NCBI RefSeq assembly: GCF_001194135.2
Contig: NC_068986.1
Span: 77,275,003 to 77,339,002 of the forward strand
DNA: 64,000 nt
Direction: 5' to 3'
DNA from: Octopus bimaculoides
Taxonomy: Eukaryota
Shown: one piece after another, positions 24,671 through 36,720 of the stretch
How positions within the stretch are numbered: position 1 is the stretch's first letter
How the letters are laid out: the number at the start of each line of letters is the position of its first letter
Notes under the pieces: model-generated
What the model was told of the DNA's origin: nothing
Seen by the model: only the letters and a program-made list of their open reading frames with translations
Database searches by the model: none
Program-made: the position numbers and the translations under genes

Positions 24671-25190
24671 TCATCTATCTCTGATGTCATTTGTTCTTGT
24701 GTGTTCATGTTTGTATATTCTTGTCTTTAAACTTTCTTTGTGAGAGGGAGAGAATGAGCATTTTTCTTTTCTCTTCCTCCAAGCAACCTTCCATTCACTG
24801 TCACTTACCTCTGCAAACATAGATGTTAACAGTGTCTTCCTTTGTTGTGACCATTTCTTTCTCCCCTGGGACCTCCTCTTCAACTCTCTCCTGCTGCATA
24901 CTAGCCGCCTCCTAACTTTCTCCCTGTACTTCAGATTGTAGGGCCTGGGGGCACATTTTTCTTAAGTGCCCCTTCTATCCACACCCAAAACACTTTGGGA
25001 TTCTGCCCTGCACAATGATTTTTAACTTCGTTTCATCCAGAAGAATGATGAATTCCAGTATATCATCAATGTCTGCTGGTGTCGCTTGAATCATTGTTCT
25101 TAAGCTCTTGCCACACCAGTTCTGGACACTTCTCTCCTCAAACTCCAGAAGTGTTACTTTTTTATGTTGAAGGTGGCTGCTAGGAGCCAT
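24671..25190 (-). mobile_element. Tx1/L1-like ORF1 relic (copy 2) with CCHC knuckle
   Basis: IIVQGRIPKCFGCG*KGHLRKMC; homologous to copy 1 (VVVEGRKSHCYKCGQKGHIRTEC). Confidence 0.7.
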
Positions 25191-25520
25191 GTTGGTTTAA
25201 TTAACAGTGCAAATACATCTGTAATTATTTTTGTTCTTTTGCTGAGGTATGTTAACAAAAGAGCCATTTCATTGGTCTGCAGGCATCACTCTCGGCTATA
25301 AACTGAGCCTCCACAGTACCATATTTCCTTCCATGTCTCACAAATGCTAGTTTGTACATAAACAGGAATATCAATTTTTTTAAAAAATTTTTTTTTTACC
25401 AAGGCCTTTATCTTTTCTATCTCCTATCAGCCCTTCTTTCAAGGCACTATACAAAATGCCGCACTTTTTTCAGGCTGGGGGGCTGGGGAATTTGAGGCTC
25501 CTGTGTGTTTGCTTGTTAAT

Positions 25521-26570
25521 CTATAAGGGTAGGGATGGGATCAATGTTTGGCAGGGCAGGATGAGGGTTAGTGTCTGTATGGGAAGGGTTGGGGTTAACA
25601 TCAACGGATTGGGTTCTCTTTTATCAACTGTCTTCCACTCATTCTTTGTTACTTCTTCCACTTGGTTTTCCTTTTCTTCACAAGGCTCTTCACTCACTCC
25701 CACTGAATTTGTTATCGCAGGAGGTGGAGGTGTGGTTTCTTTTCTGACTGGCAGGACCACTGGTGCACTTTTGGGCAGTGGAGGGCACTCTGTTCTTATG
25801 TGGCCTTTCTGGCCACACTTGTAACAATGGGACTTCCTGCCCTCCACCACAACCTTCAGTCTTATTTCGTCACCCACTATGATGGTGTCTACAATACTTT
25901 CCAAATTCTCTGGGGCAGCCTGGATGACCATCTCCAGTCCTTGCCCATGCCAGTTTCTCTGCAGTATCCTTGTAGCCTGGAGGCCCACAATTTTATCCTC
26001 CATCCCAAGCAGTATTGCCACCACAAGACCTCTGGAGGGATTTCCTCAACCCTTATTCTGGAAGCATGCCTTCCAAGGTAAATTGGCAGAAGAACCACCT
26101 CATCTGCCCTAAGGGAGGTCACAGAATGCTGCCTGGCTTTCTCCTCAGATTGCAACCGCACCGCTACCGTTGTGTACTTCTTCCCTCTAGCAAGGTATGT
26201 AACGTCCTGCCAGATGGGTTCCAATCCCATTTCCACTTGTTGCCTTGTTGCAACCTCACTTCTTTTTGATTTCAAATTGTACATTCTGTATGCAATTGTT
26301 TTTGCCATTGTTGACCTTGTAACCTCACTAGGATGGGTCACCTTGTCTTCGTGGCCCTCTCTTCTCATAAAATTCTTATACCTCTCCAACTCCCAACTTT
26401 GGTCTGTGTTTAATCCAAGGTTCCAATTCATCGGAACCAGTGAACTGCGGGAGTATCAGTTTGGCAAACGGAGACCACACCTGCTCACTATCCAGGTAGA
26501 GCCAAAGATGCCTCAGTAAATCTCACCAGGAGCAACATTCGTCCTAAACCAGGACTGCCATGTTATGTTG
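25521..26570 (-). mobile_element. Tx1/L1-like ORF1 (copy 1), one frameshift near 26020
   Basis: ORFs 25889-26431 and 25521-26024 join; C-X2-C-X4-H-X4-C knuckle followed by P/E/K-rich tail with EWKTV motif. Confidence 0.75.
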
Positions 26571-27224
26571 GCAAACAATCTTTACTCCAAAGTACTGTTG
26601 CTGAATATCTCTCATGAGATTTACAAACAGTAATTTTCTAATTTATAGATCAGTGACAAGTTGTCACTTTGAAAACTATNNNNNNNNNNNNNNNNNNNNN
26701 NNNNNNNNNNNNNNNNNNNNNNNNNNNNNNNNNNNNNNTATTTTCAGTGAGAAGATTTTTTTTTTTTTTGAAGGGGAAACACTCCGAGAGTGCTCTATCT
26801 GAGTGGTTGTATTTGCTGTGTCCCTCTTGTCACTTTGTGAGGGAGATGCAAATGAAGTGCTGGGATAGGTTTAAGAGAAGTGTCATTGAGTAGACAGATC
26901 ACTCACATTTATGTAGAGCTGTGTGTTCATTAAGAGAAGTAAGACTGTGACCTTTCAAGATGTTTGGTAAGAAAGATAGCACTTTATGCTCATTACTAGA
27001 AATCATTTGATCTGGGTAGAAAGATGTATGCTTGGTAAGTTCACCATCATGAATTTTTTTTTTTTTTTTTTTTTTTTCAGTAAAATAGTTTTTAACTATT
27101 GATGGTGAGATACTATGGATATATTTTCTCAGTAAACTTTCCTTGCAGTGAACATTCATGTTCAACTTTCTTTGGCGAATTGGTGGCAGTGAACTTTCTC
27201 TGTGGTAAATTGATGGTGGTGGAC

Positions 27225-27570
27225 TTAATTAGAAAGAAGCAACTTGCAGTTATATTTGATGTGGACAAGGAGGAGGAGTCTCTTGTTTCCATGACTGAAA
27301 TTGAGTTGTTTTATAGAGGCAAGTTCTCCAGTCCAGACCTGGAGGTAGATTGAAGCATGTATCTGGCCTCCATCAAAATGGACAACAGCATGCTTTTAAA
27401 ACCACTCACCATTTTTGAGGTTTTGGTTGTATATTGTGGTATGAGATCCACTTCTGCAGGACCAGATGGAGTAATGTTCAGGGTGGTTCAATCATTGGGT
27501 CTTGTTGTCCTTCTTAATATATTTAACAGCATGTTGCTGGTTGGGAAGATGCTTGATGTCTTGAACCTAA
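27225..27570 (+). mobile_element. Old R2-like RT N-terminal fragment
   Basis: EIELFYRGKFSSPDLEVD*...LLKPLTIFEV...SAGPDG...LLNIFNSMLLVGKMLDVL aligns with IEDFYGGRFSTPGPEVDL...ILRPFSLEEI...LANICNCMLLARKVPDIL of the R2 at 32834. Confidence 0.7.
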
Positions 27571-28055
27571 GCATCATACATTCTATATCATATTGTTCTT
27601 TTCCATCTGGGTGAGATGTATGTGATTTTGAGACCAACATCCTTAACTTCTTTCTAGTTACTCTCGCTCACCCCATACATTATGCATGGTCACTGTGTAT
27701 CTCTTCTAGAGCAAGGTACTTTGTCTGACTCTATCATACTTTAGTCTCTCAACACTTAACATAAAGCTACCTCCCCATCTACTACAATCTAACTCAGTTG
27801 AGGGGGCTTTTTCTTTTTTTGTTTTTTTTTTTTGTTTCTTTGTCTTGAAAGTTACTTGGCAAAAACCCTGGTGTTGGTATTATGGAAAAAAGCACCCAGT
27901 ACAGTCTGTAAAGTGGTTTGTGTTAGGAACCAACCTTAGAAGCCATGCCAAAGCAAACATTGGAGCTTGGTGTAGTCCTTTGATTCATTGGATCCTGTGA
28001 AATTGTTCAATCTATGCCAGTATGGAAGACAGAATTTAAATAATGATCATCAGTA

Positions 28056-28056
<1 letters not shown>

Positions 28057-28124
<68 letters not shown>
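28057..28124. repeat. (CA)34 microsatellite
   Basis: Seen directly. Confidence 0.95.
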
Positions 28125-28126
<2 letters not shown>

Positions 28127-28539
28127 ATAAAAATATATAAGGATTAAAACTATTGAAAGAATATTTGTTAAGTGTTGGGTAAGAGAAAAATATCTGATCA
28201 ATTTCTATTAAATCAGTTTTTAGCAGAATGAGCAACGTGTAGAGATATACTAAGCATGTTATGCATTGGAGTGGTTGCTAATCATCTATACTATATATAA
28301 AACTTGAGAGTTATAAGGAGGACTATCCAAAATCAGTTTTTAGTTACTTCCTTACGTCAATGTTACTTACAATTCTAGGTCTCTGAGATAAGGATTTTAT
28401 ATTATGTACAATTTACATTAGTCAGACAAGATGTTCTCCTCTTGATTGTTGCTTTCATTAGGTTTTTCAGGTGTCTTGCGTTGAATGCTGTTGTTATATC
28501 AGAATTTTGAACTTAACCCATTACTTGATCTAAGGGGGA

Positions 28540-29160
28540 ACACTTCTTATTTTGCTCTGTGTTTTATGACATTTTTTGTGAATTCACCTTAGTGTCTTGC
28601 CTTTCATTGAACTCAGGACCTCTAGGTGACCCTCCTTTAGCATTAGTTACCGCTTTTATACGGTTAGGCATTGAATCAACTGGTTTCTTGCAGGTGCTAG
28701 GCACAATTTTACTCCATTCTTCTCTCAGCTTTTGGTACAAATGCTCTTTATTTTTTGTGTTCCTGATAACTTTACCAAGAGTCCCACATGGGTGCACAAT
28801 GGGATTTAGATCAGGACTTTGAGCTGGCTAGTCCATGGGAACAATACCCTGTGTCTCAAACCATTGATGAGTATTCTTTGCTGTATGACATGGAGCGTTG
28901 TCCTGTTGAAAGATAACACTGTTTTTCAACACGCCTGGATGCAGTTTAGCAATTGATGGCTCTAAAACATCTGATAATATAGAAACACAAGTAGCTGAAT
29001 TTATCCTTCCCTGACATAAAAACATTTCTCCGGGTCCTGTGTCAAACATGCAGGCCCACACCATGATAGAACCACCCCCATGTTTTACGGTTAGTACCAG
29101 ACATTCAGCCTTAAATGCTTCTCCAACTCTGCAATGCACAAAAGTTGCACCATATGTACT
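28540..29160 (-). mobile_element. Tc1-like transposase relic
   Basis: TVKHGGGSIMVWAC; FQQDNAPCHTA; *PAQSPDLNPIV (catalytic E lost); RIKAVTNAKGG. Confidence 0.88.
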
Positions 29161-29959
29161 GAAAACCTGAGTAAAAACATGAAAAATAGTATTAGCTTTA
29201 TGTTGGATACTTTTTTATATATTTTGGGCAACAAGCCAGTTACATTGTTTATATGTTGATTGATTACATATACTATCTTACCTCATAGTTACTTTCATTA
29301 AATCATATGACCTTTGACCATTGCTCACTGGTCCAATTTGAGTGGTTTTTGGCCCACTGAAGACGTTTTTCCATATTCGCTTCAGAAACCCATGGCTTCT
29401 TCCTGTATCTTTATTATAACCACAAGGGCTCAACATAGAGGAAGATGAGCAAGGATGGACAGGACACTGAAGGGACAACACATAGAACGAATATGAATGA
29501 AATAGTTAATATAACAATGAAATTATGAATGGTTGCATGTGCCCTTCATCACATACAGTAACATTAATCTTGTTTACAATCAATTGTTATCGAATTTTTA
29601 ACTAACATATAACTAACATGTAATATACCTTTGCAAGTCATTAATCTGTGTATTATCTGGCGGGTCACATTGGATTAGTGACGCATTGTCTTTCCTATGA
29701 AAACAGTTTTATTACTCGCTAAACTGTATATCCATTAACTGAAGGTTATCTGAAGGACAGCCCCTTATTAGCAGTATCACATCGTCCCAGTCGATTACTG
29801 ATTCCAACTTTTCGAAATCGACTTCGGACTGCATCATTCCTATGTTGCACCTTTTTGTCAACTCCTCATAGCAGTTCGGCTCTATTATTATTGCTTTTGT
29901 CTTATCCTAGTCATAATCCTTAGTTAATTTCACCTGTATTACTGATCTCATTTTCAAGA

Positions 29960-30256
29960 ATTCTGTTTCTGTATTTATATTCTTTTGGTACTCTATATAA
30001 TACTATCTCTTCTTCCTCTGATTTTCAGCCCCTCCTTCATTCCTTTGTTCTTCACCTCTCTTCAACTTCACCTCTGGAGGAGAAACTTTCCTCTTCTGTT
30101 TTTCTTGTCACCATTTCCATTGCCTCTTTTTTTCTTTTTCAACTTCTCCGGTGGAGAACCCCTCCTACTTTTTCTTTTCCATGGTTTCACCTCCACGAAC
30201 TCCTCTTCTGTATCCACTGTTTCAGTTCCTTCTTCACATTCCACCATGTCTGCCTC
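29960..30256 (-). mobile_element. Tx1/L1-like ORF1 C-terminal piece (part of mosaic)
   Basis: E-rich, then EFVEVKPWKRKSRR, K-rich tail; fused directly to the post-RT segment. Confidence 0.5.
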
Positions 30257-31195
30257 TCTCCGCTCCAGCTTGTTCAGCCACAAACCAGGGCAAGGCACGA
30301 CGGTTAGGCAAAAGGTTATCACCGATGCTATGAACACCTGCGCAACTTCTGCCCTTCCCAACAAGGATAACCTCCCAGACTACTTCTGGGCTATCTCTGT
30401 CACCTTGCTCGCCACCTCACTCCAGTTCTTCTCCACCTGGAGGTCCGGTCCAACCCAGGCCCCAAGCATTTTAACCAGGCCCTCCGTCCAGTGCCCGATG
30501 ACGCTGTTGGGAGGCATTGACTTGCCTCTCCAGGTGCCGAGTTGCAAGCTGACTGATTTTTCCTGGTTAATTTTCACCCTGCCACCGTCTTGTATCCTTT
30601 GATGGTGTCTTCTATGCGAGGTAGATGCCCTTCATCCGACATGATGATGGTGACATCATCCGCATATGCCGTCACATTTCTCCCATAACAAAGATCATGT
30701 GGGTCCACCCCCCACATCCCTCAATTTCCGCAGCAATGGCTCGAGCGCCAATACATACAGAATCGGGGACAGGGCAGCCCTGGCAAACCGAACGCTCGAT
30801 TGCGATGGGGTTTGAGAAGAACCCATTTACCCAGACTATTGATTCGATATTACCGTACATGGCTTTAATCCAGCCTCGGGAGGTTGGGCCAAATCCGGCC
30901 GTCCGATGGACCGCCGCCAGGTATCTGTGGTCAACCCTGTTGAACGCCTTTGACTGCTCTAAATGCACCAGTGCCCCACTGTTGCCATGCATTTTACCCA
31001 TCCGCTCTATGGTGTATCGAATGAGGTGAAGATTGTCCTGTATCGTGCTTCTCCCACCAGGTCGCCCATGACAACCCTAACTCTCTTTGTGAGCACCTTG
31101 GCCAAAATCTTTAACTCTGTGTTTAGCAGAGTTATGGGCCTAAAGTTATTAACATTATCCCCCTTGCTCGGGTCTTTCCTAATCGGTGTCGTCAT
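30257..31195 (-). mobile_element. Tx1/L1-like RT segment b (part of mosaic)
   Basis: FRPITLLNTELKILAKVL; LEQSKAFNRVDH; YADDV; KINQEKS; RAEVAQVFIASVI; frameshifted. Confidence 0.85.
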
Positions 31196-32090
31196 CCAGA
31201 AAATGCTGTAAGGTATCCCCATGGTCCAACGTCCCATCCCTCCCGAACAACACGACAAAGTGCTTGTGAAAGGCCTTGCATATCTCCTCTTGTCCTTGGA
31301 TCTTCTGTCCGGACTCATCTGCCAAAGATCCAATTGTAGCATTGATGCCACGACGGGTTTCTTCCAAGTGAGCCCATCTAGCAACATTGATACCTTCACG
31401 GCCCATTGCACGTGTCCTAGAAGTCTTGTTCAGCTTCCAGTAGCCAGATCCCTGTCTATGTATCTTGTCTATATTCATCCTACATGTCACTAACTTGTGA
31501 TCTGTGTAGGGTACGTAGGTAAACTGTGGACAACTAAAACTATGTCTATCTCTAGTACTTACGACTATCCTGTCTATGTAAGACCTGACCATTCCGTTGT
31601 TTCTTGCCCAGGTCCACACTAGAACGTTTGGGTGGTCAAGTCTATATCGATCTGCCAGCCTGAAACGCTTCAGCAGATTGATGAGGCATGAGTTTCCCTT
31701 TATATCTTTTGAGCCCACGCTATCCAGGCGTGCATCCACATTGAAGTTACCTAGTACAACGACTGTCCTCGATGTCATCAGGAAATTCTCCAGGTGTTGA
31801 AAGAAGTCAACCCATTTGCCTGCATTATCAGGTGCGTGGATGCCCACCAGCCTGAAGGCCTTACCACTGTCTGTCAGATCCAGAACAAGCAACTTGCCTT
31901 CTGGATCCACGAAGATTGTACATGTCTGCATGACCAGGCTTTTTCGGATCAAGACAGCCACCCCTCCGCTTCCTCCCTCTCGGCTAGGAGAAATTATATT
32001 CTTGTAGCCGTTCAGGAGTGCCAAGAAGGCCTGCAGCTTGTCCAGCTTGGTCTCTGTAACAACCATCACATCTATATCATGTGGCCTTGT
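31196..32090 (-). mobile_element. Tx1/L1-like APE endonuclease plus deleted linker (part of mosaic)
   Basis: VVTETK; GGVAVL; LVGIHAP; GNFNV; SYIDRI; TDHKLV; GYWKLN. Confidence 0.88.
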
Positions 32091-32094
32091 ATTT

Positions 32095-32830
32095 TTTTGA
32101 TGGCGTCTTCTACCAAAGGTAGCTGCCCTTCGTCCGACACGATGATGGTGACATCGTCCGCGTATGCCGTCACGCCTCTTCCATAACACAGATCATGAGG
32201 ATCGCCCCCAGTCGCCTCCAACCTTTGCAGTAATGGCTCAAGAGCCAGTACGTACAGAAGCAGAGCCAGGAGAAAAACCTGTCGCACCGAACCCTCAATC
32301 TCAAATGCCTTTGAGAAGAAACCATTCACCTGGACCACAGACTCGATGTTGCTATACATAGCATTGATCCAGCCACGAAAGGTTGGCACCAGTCCAGCAG
32401 CCGTGAGGACAGCCTCTAGATACCAATGGTCCACCCTATCAAATGCCTTAGACTGGTCCAAATTCACCAGTGCACCACCCTTGCCAGGAACTTTACTAAC
32501 CCGATCTAAGGTGTAGTGTACAAAGTGAAGATTGTTGTGTATCGTCCTTCCTAGGATGGCACAGGTTTGTGTCTCCCCAACCAGGTCACCCTCGACAACT
32601 CTAACTCTCTTGGCTAAAATCTTTAACTCTGTATTTAACAGAGTTATGGGCTGAAAATTATTAATGATATCTCCCTTGCTCAAGTCTTTCCTGACGAGTG
32701 TCACAACTCCCCAGCTCACAGATTTGGGAATTCTCTCATTCTGCTGCCAGTTCACATACACACCAGCCAGTATTTCCTCGAACAATTCTGGCATACTTTT
32801 ATAAAATTCGTAAGGAGGCATGGCAAGCAT
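32095..32830 (-). mobile_element. Tx1/L1-like RT segment a (part of mosaic)
   Basis: PYEFY; FQPITLLNTELKILAK; LDQSKAFDRVDH; YADDV; open frame. Confidence 0.9.
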
Positions 32831-32833
32831 AAA

Positions 32834-35460
32834 AATTATGCCATAGCGCAAAGTTTATATAGGACAAATAAGAGGAGGCTCCTTGCAATGATATTAGAGG
32901 AGGATGTAGATCAGGGATGCCCAATCCCTATGTATGCCATAGAGGATTTTTATGGTGGTAGATTTTCTACACCTGGCCCTGAGGTGGACCTTTCTGGCAG
33001 TCCTTCCTCCTCCATTGTCGATAGCGGTCCTATCTTGAGACCATTTTCGTTGGAGGAAATAAAAATTAGCCGTAGAAAGATGGATACCACCTCAGTGGCG
33101 TGCCCTGATAGTCTCACAGTTAGTGAAATTAAAGCAGTGGACCCATCCATCCTTGCTAACATTTGTAATTGCATGTTGCTGGCCAGGAAGGTTCCCGATA
33201 TCCTGAAGCAGGGTAGATCCGTTCTCATCCCTAAGAGGGCGGAAGATCCTTATGATCTTACCAGTTGGCGACCGCTAACGATATGCTCTGCGGTATATCG
33301 ACTTTTTTCAAAAATGGTCGCCAAACGCATGCTTCAGGTAACTCCCCTTAACCCGATACAAAGAGGTTTTAACCAGTCCGACGGCTGCAGTGAGAACACA
33401 TTTCTCCTTCAACAGCTCGTCGGTTGTGCGATGGGAAGACCAGCACAACTGAGAATACCGCGGTTAGAAGTGGCTTTCATGGATCTCGCCAAGGCCTTCG
33501 ACACAGTCTCACACTCTTTGATGTATGTGGGACTGCGGAGACTTGGGTTTCACGAGCACGTAATAGTGCTCGTGGAGGGGATTTATGAAGGTAGCACGAC
33601 TAAATTCTCAGTAGGAGGACAGATTAGTGAGCCCATTGATATTCACCGGGGTGTCGGACAGGGGGACGCGCTCTCGCCGATCCTCTTCACTATTGCAATT
33701 GATCCGCTGCTAGATACATTATCTGGTAGCGGGGATTTGTGTGTGGAGAGGATCCGGATGGATGGAATCGCGTATGCGGATGACTTGGCCCTAGTCACGG
33801 TGACGCGTGGGGGTCTCCAGGCTCTAGTAAATAGATGCTTGGAGTTCTTCCGCGATGTCGGGTTGAGGCTTAATGTCGGCAAGTGTGTGTGGTTCTCCAT
33901 CCGCGGCTTGAGCAAGACCTACCTTGTCAACGACAGTACCCCGCCGAGTGTTGATGGTATCACTATTAAGTCAGTAGAACCAGGGGAGAAAGTTTCATAT
34001 CTAGGATTAAATATACCCACGTGGAATTCTGACTCGAATCGGGAATTTACTTTAGATTCAGTGGAGCAAGTGTCGCTAGATATCAGTAGGATAACTAGGA
34101 CTCCGCTGAAACCCTGACAGAAATTCCTCTTGCTGCAGCAACTTTATCTGCCGAGACTTTTTTATAGTCTCGTACAGATACTGCCGTCAAGAGGAATTCT
34201 CGAGAGGCTTGACACGGCCATCTGCGTGGGTGCTAGAAAAATATTACATCTCCCCGAAACTACTTCCTCTTCTTTTCTTTACTGCAGCCGGCTTGATGGC
34301 GGGTTAAGTCTTCACCAAATGGTGAGACTTATACCAAAATGTGTCATCCGCCAAAATCTTCGCCTGCTGACCTCGGGGCATGTCTCAGTTAGGAAAGTTG
34401 CGGATTCTGCAGGATTAGCCGAACAGAACCAGCAACTTATAGTTTCCTTCAATTTGCCGTTGCTACCTGAGGGCGCTACAGAATACGACCCTGATATCCG
34501 GCTGATCCATACCCATAGATGGGCGGCTCAGCCGGTGCATGGTGTGTGTGTGGCGGCGTACCGAGGGGACACAAATGGCAATAGTTGGATTAGTAGGCCG
34601 GGTAGGATTGCTGAGGGGTGCTACTTGGGATTACTCAAGATGCGCTCCAACATATCCTAACCGTGAAACTCTGACGCGTGGAGCCCTAGGGGATCCCACG
34701 TGTCCGAGATGTAGATTAGGAGCGGAGACAATATCCCACGTCAGTGGAGTCTGTGTTGCTCTTAAAGCACCACGGCTTGCCAGACATAATAAAGTCTGTA
34801 ATCTGGTGGTGAAAGAGGCTGTAGCTCATGGTTGGAGTGTCAGTGTGGAGCCTTCCTATATTATAGGAGGCTCCAGGCTGATACTCGACCTGGTATTTAG
34901 CTGTCCGGATAAAGTAGTGGTCATTGACGTGACTGTCCGATTGGAGCAGGGAGATGCTTTGAAAGAGGCGTCTCTTGAGAAAGTGCATAAATACCGTCCG
35001 CTCGTTCAAATGCTTTTGCAGGACTTGGACCGGCTGGTAGAAGTGCATGGACTCCCAATCGGTGCCTGTGGTGCCTGGTGCCGACCTGCGAGTGTGGCAC
35101 TGGACACCCTGGGCATTCGTGACAGACCATTTCGGCGACTACTCAGCCGGACAGTTATGATATGTACATATAACATGCTGAGAGACTAGCTCCAGCATGT
35201 GAGGACTTAGGTATATACTGATCTTAGATCTAAAATACTTGAAAAGACAAAATAAAAAGAAAACCGATTAGGACAATCTGCAACCCACAAAAATAATACC
35301 ACACATCTTATTTTAGTTTGTTTTATTATTTTACAGAAGTGGTGTCGCCTCGGCTTTGAGCTGGGCCTTATGTCAAAAGTGTGCGGCACCAGGGCAAAGG
35401 ATTCAGTGGGACCACCCACAGAAAATAAAGGGAAAATGAAGACGAAAGTCAAGAAAGAAA
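32834..35460 (+). mobile_element. R2 non-LTR retrotransposon, 5'-truncated (RT, CCHC, restriction-like endonuclease, 3' UTR); one nonsense codon (34115) and one frameshift (~34650)
   Basis: YAIAQSLY; WRPLTI; QRGF..DGCSEN; DLAKAFDTVSH; GVGQGDALSP; YADDL; PLKP*QK; CPRC..ETISHVSGVC; RHNKV; DLV..VIDVTV..KVHKY; stop at 35189; 271-nt 3' UTR with A-rich end abutting the 28S R2 site. Confidence 0.93.
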
Positions 35461-35550
35461 TAGCCAAATGCCTCGTCATCTACTTAGTGACGTGCATGAA
35501 TGGATCAATGAGATTCCCACTCCCCCTATCTACTATCTAGTGAAACCACA
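35461..35550 (+). rRNA. 28S rRNA fragment (90 bp, pseudogenic) starting exactly at the R2 cleavage site
   Basis: TAGCCAAATGCCTCGTCATCTACTTAGTGACGTGCATGAATGGATCAATGAGATTCCCACT...GAAACCACA matches the conserved 28S sequence 3' of TTAAGG^TAGCC; three CpG>TpG changes; no further rDNA in the window. Confidence 0.93.
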
Positions 35551-35552
35551 CC

Positions 35553-35900
35553 TAATTTCAGGTGGTGGGGAGAATTTACTTTCCCCATTACTTTTGGTTA
35601 TTTTACCAAAAAGCAGTTGTATTTCTGCCTTTTTAACCTTAATATTTTCCTGTTGTTGACCAACAGCAGCGGCATAGTTCATTGTTACTGCTTCTGCAGT
35701 TGATGCCATAACGGCACTCAAAATTAATCCTCTACAACGAGGTAAACAAATACAGTTTATACAAATCCTTCCCCCATGGGGGAGGGTAACAAAAAACAAT
35801 ATCACAATAACACTATCCAAGCTGTTAAACGAACTTTCCAACAACAATAAATCCTGCAACAGGCAACAATAAATTAAACTCACCTACAGATCTCGAAACG
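35553..35900 (-). mobile_element. Putative Tx1/L1-like 5' UTR and ORF1 N-terminus
   Basis: MASTAEAVTMNYAAAVGQQQENIKVKK; the YAAAV motif is common at LINE ORF1 starts; cut off at the 28S junction. Confidence 0.4.
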
Positions 35901-36099
35901 TTATTCAATATCCAGAAAAACAAGATGATTGTAACTACGGTGAAAAAATATCAATGTTAATTTATTGATGCATTTGGCCAAGTCTATGTCTGTATTATCA
36001 GACAATTGCAAAAAAAGTTAAAAACTGCAAAAATCTGGTACAAATTCTTCATGGTTCAAAACGTTGCTTACTTTTTACTCAACCTGATATATTGTTGAT

Positions 36100-36720
36100 A
36101 ATGTGTCTGCAGTAGTTTCATAAACTGTATCCTACTCCACCAGATATTTTAAGCATCTCAGCAGCAGTTCCTAATGGGCTTTCCCCTATCTTTACTTATC
36201 TATCATATTGCTATCAACTAGGACAGCTGGTATCTCTGTTGGGTCCACACTGGGAAGATCCTCTTTCTCCTAGACAATCTCCATGTTTAAAAACCTTTCA
36301 TAGTAACACTTCCATGCTTTTACTTTTCATGATCACTAAATGCAAACGTACCATTATCTATCTGCATACACTTCTCATTTATGACATCTTCTTGCAATCT
36401 GAGCACCTTGAGCCTCTGATACTCACACTGTATGTGAGTTACATTTGCTATGTAAACCTGTTGCCTGGTTTCTCTTCTTATCTGGCATATTTCCTTATTG
36501 CTCCCATTCTCTAGCACCAGCCACAGATTTTGTCTGTTCTCTTGGTAGGTTGTCCTGCAGGAACTTCCAGTTGTTCTCCATACTCTATGCCTGTATCACC
36601 TTCTTTTTGCTAAAAACTTTGACTAGAATGTCTCTAAATTTCTGACTGTGGTGGATCTTTGAGTTTCCATATCTTTTCCAGACTGATTTGTTTCTCTGAA
36701 TTCTTCTAGCTCTAAGTTTG
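36100..36720 (-). mobile_element. RTE-type LINE ORF fragment
   Basis: RQQVYIA...DVINEKCMQIDNG...TAAEMLKISGGVGYSL remnants. Confidence 0.6.

Noticed and set aside
29985-30602. 205-aa hydrophobic plus-strand ORF (and similar ORFs at 25456-25824, 15083-15487, 60161-60535)
   Set aside because: Antisense or low-complexity shadows of purine-rich TE sequence; no splice or homology support.
35461-35550. Functional 28S rRNA gene or rDNA array
   Set aside because: Only 90 bp with CpG decay and no other rDNA; the R1 site region inside it carries no insertion.
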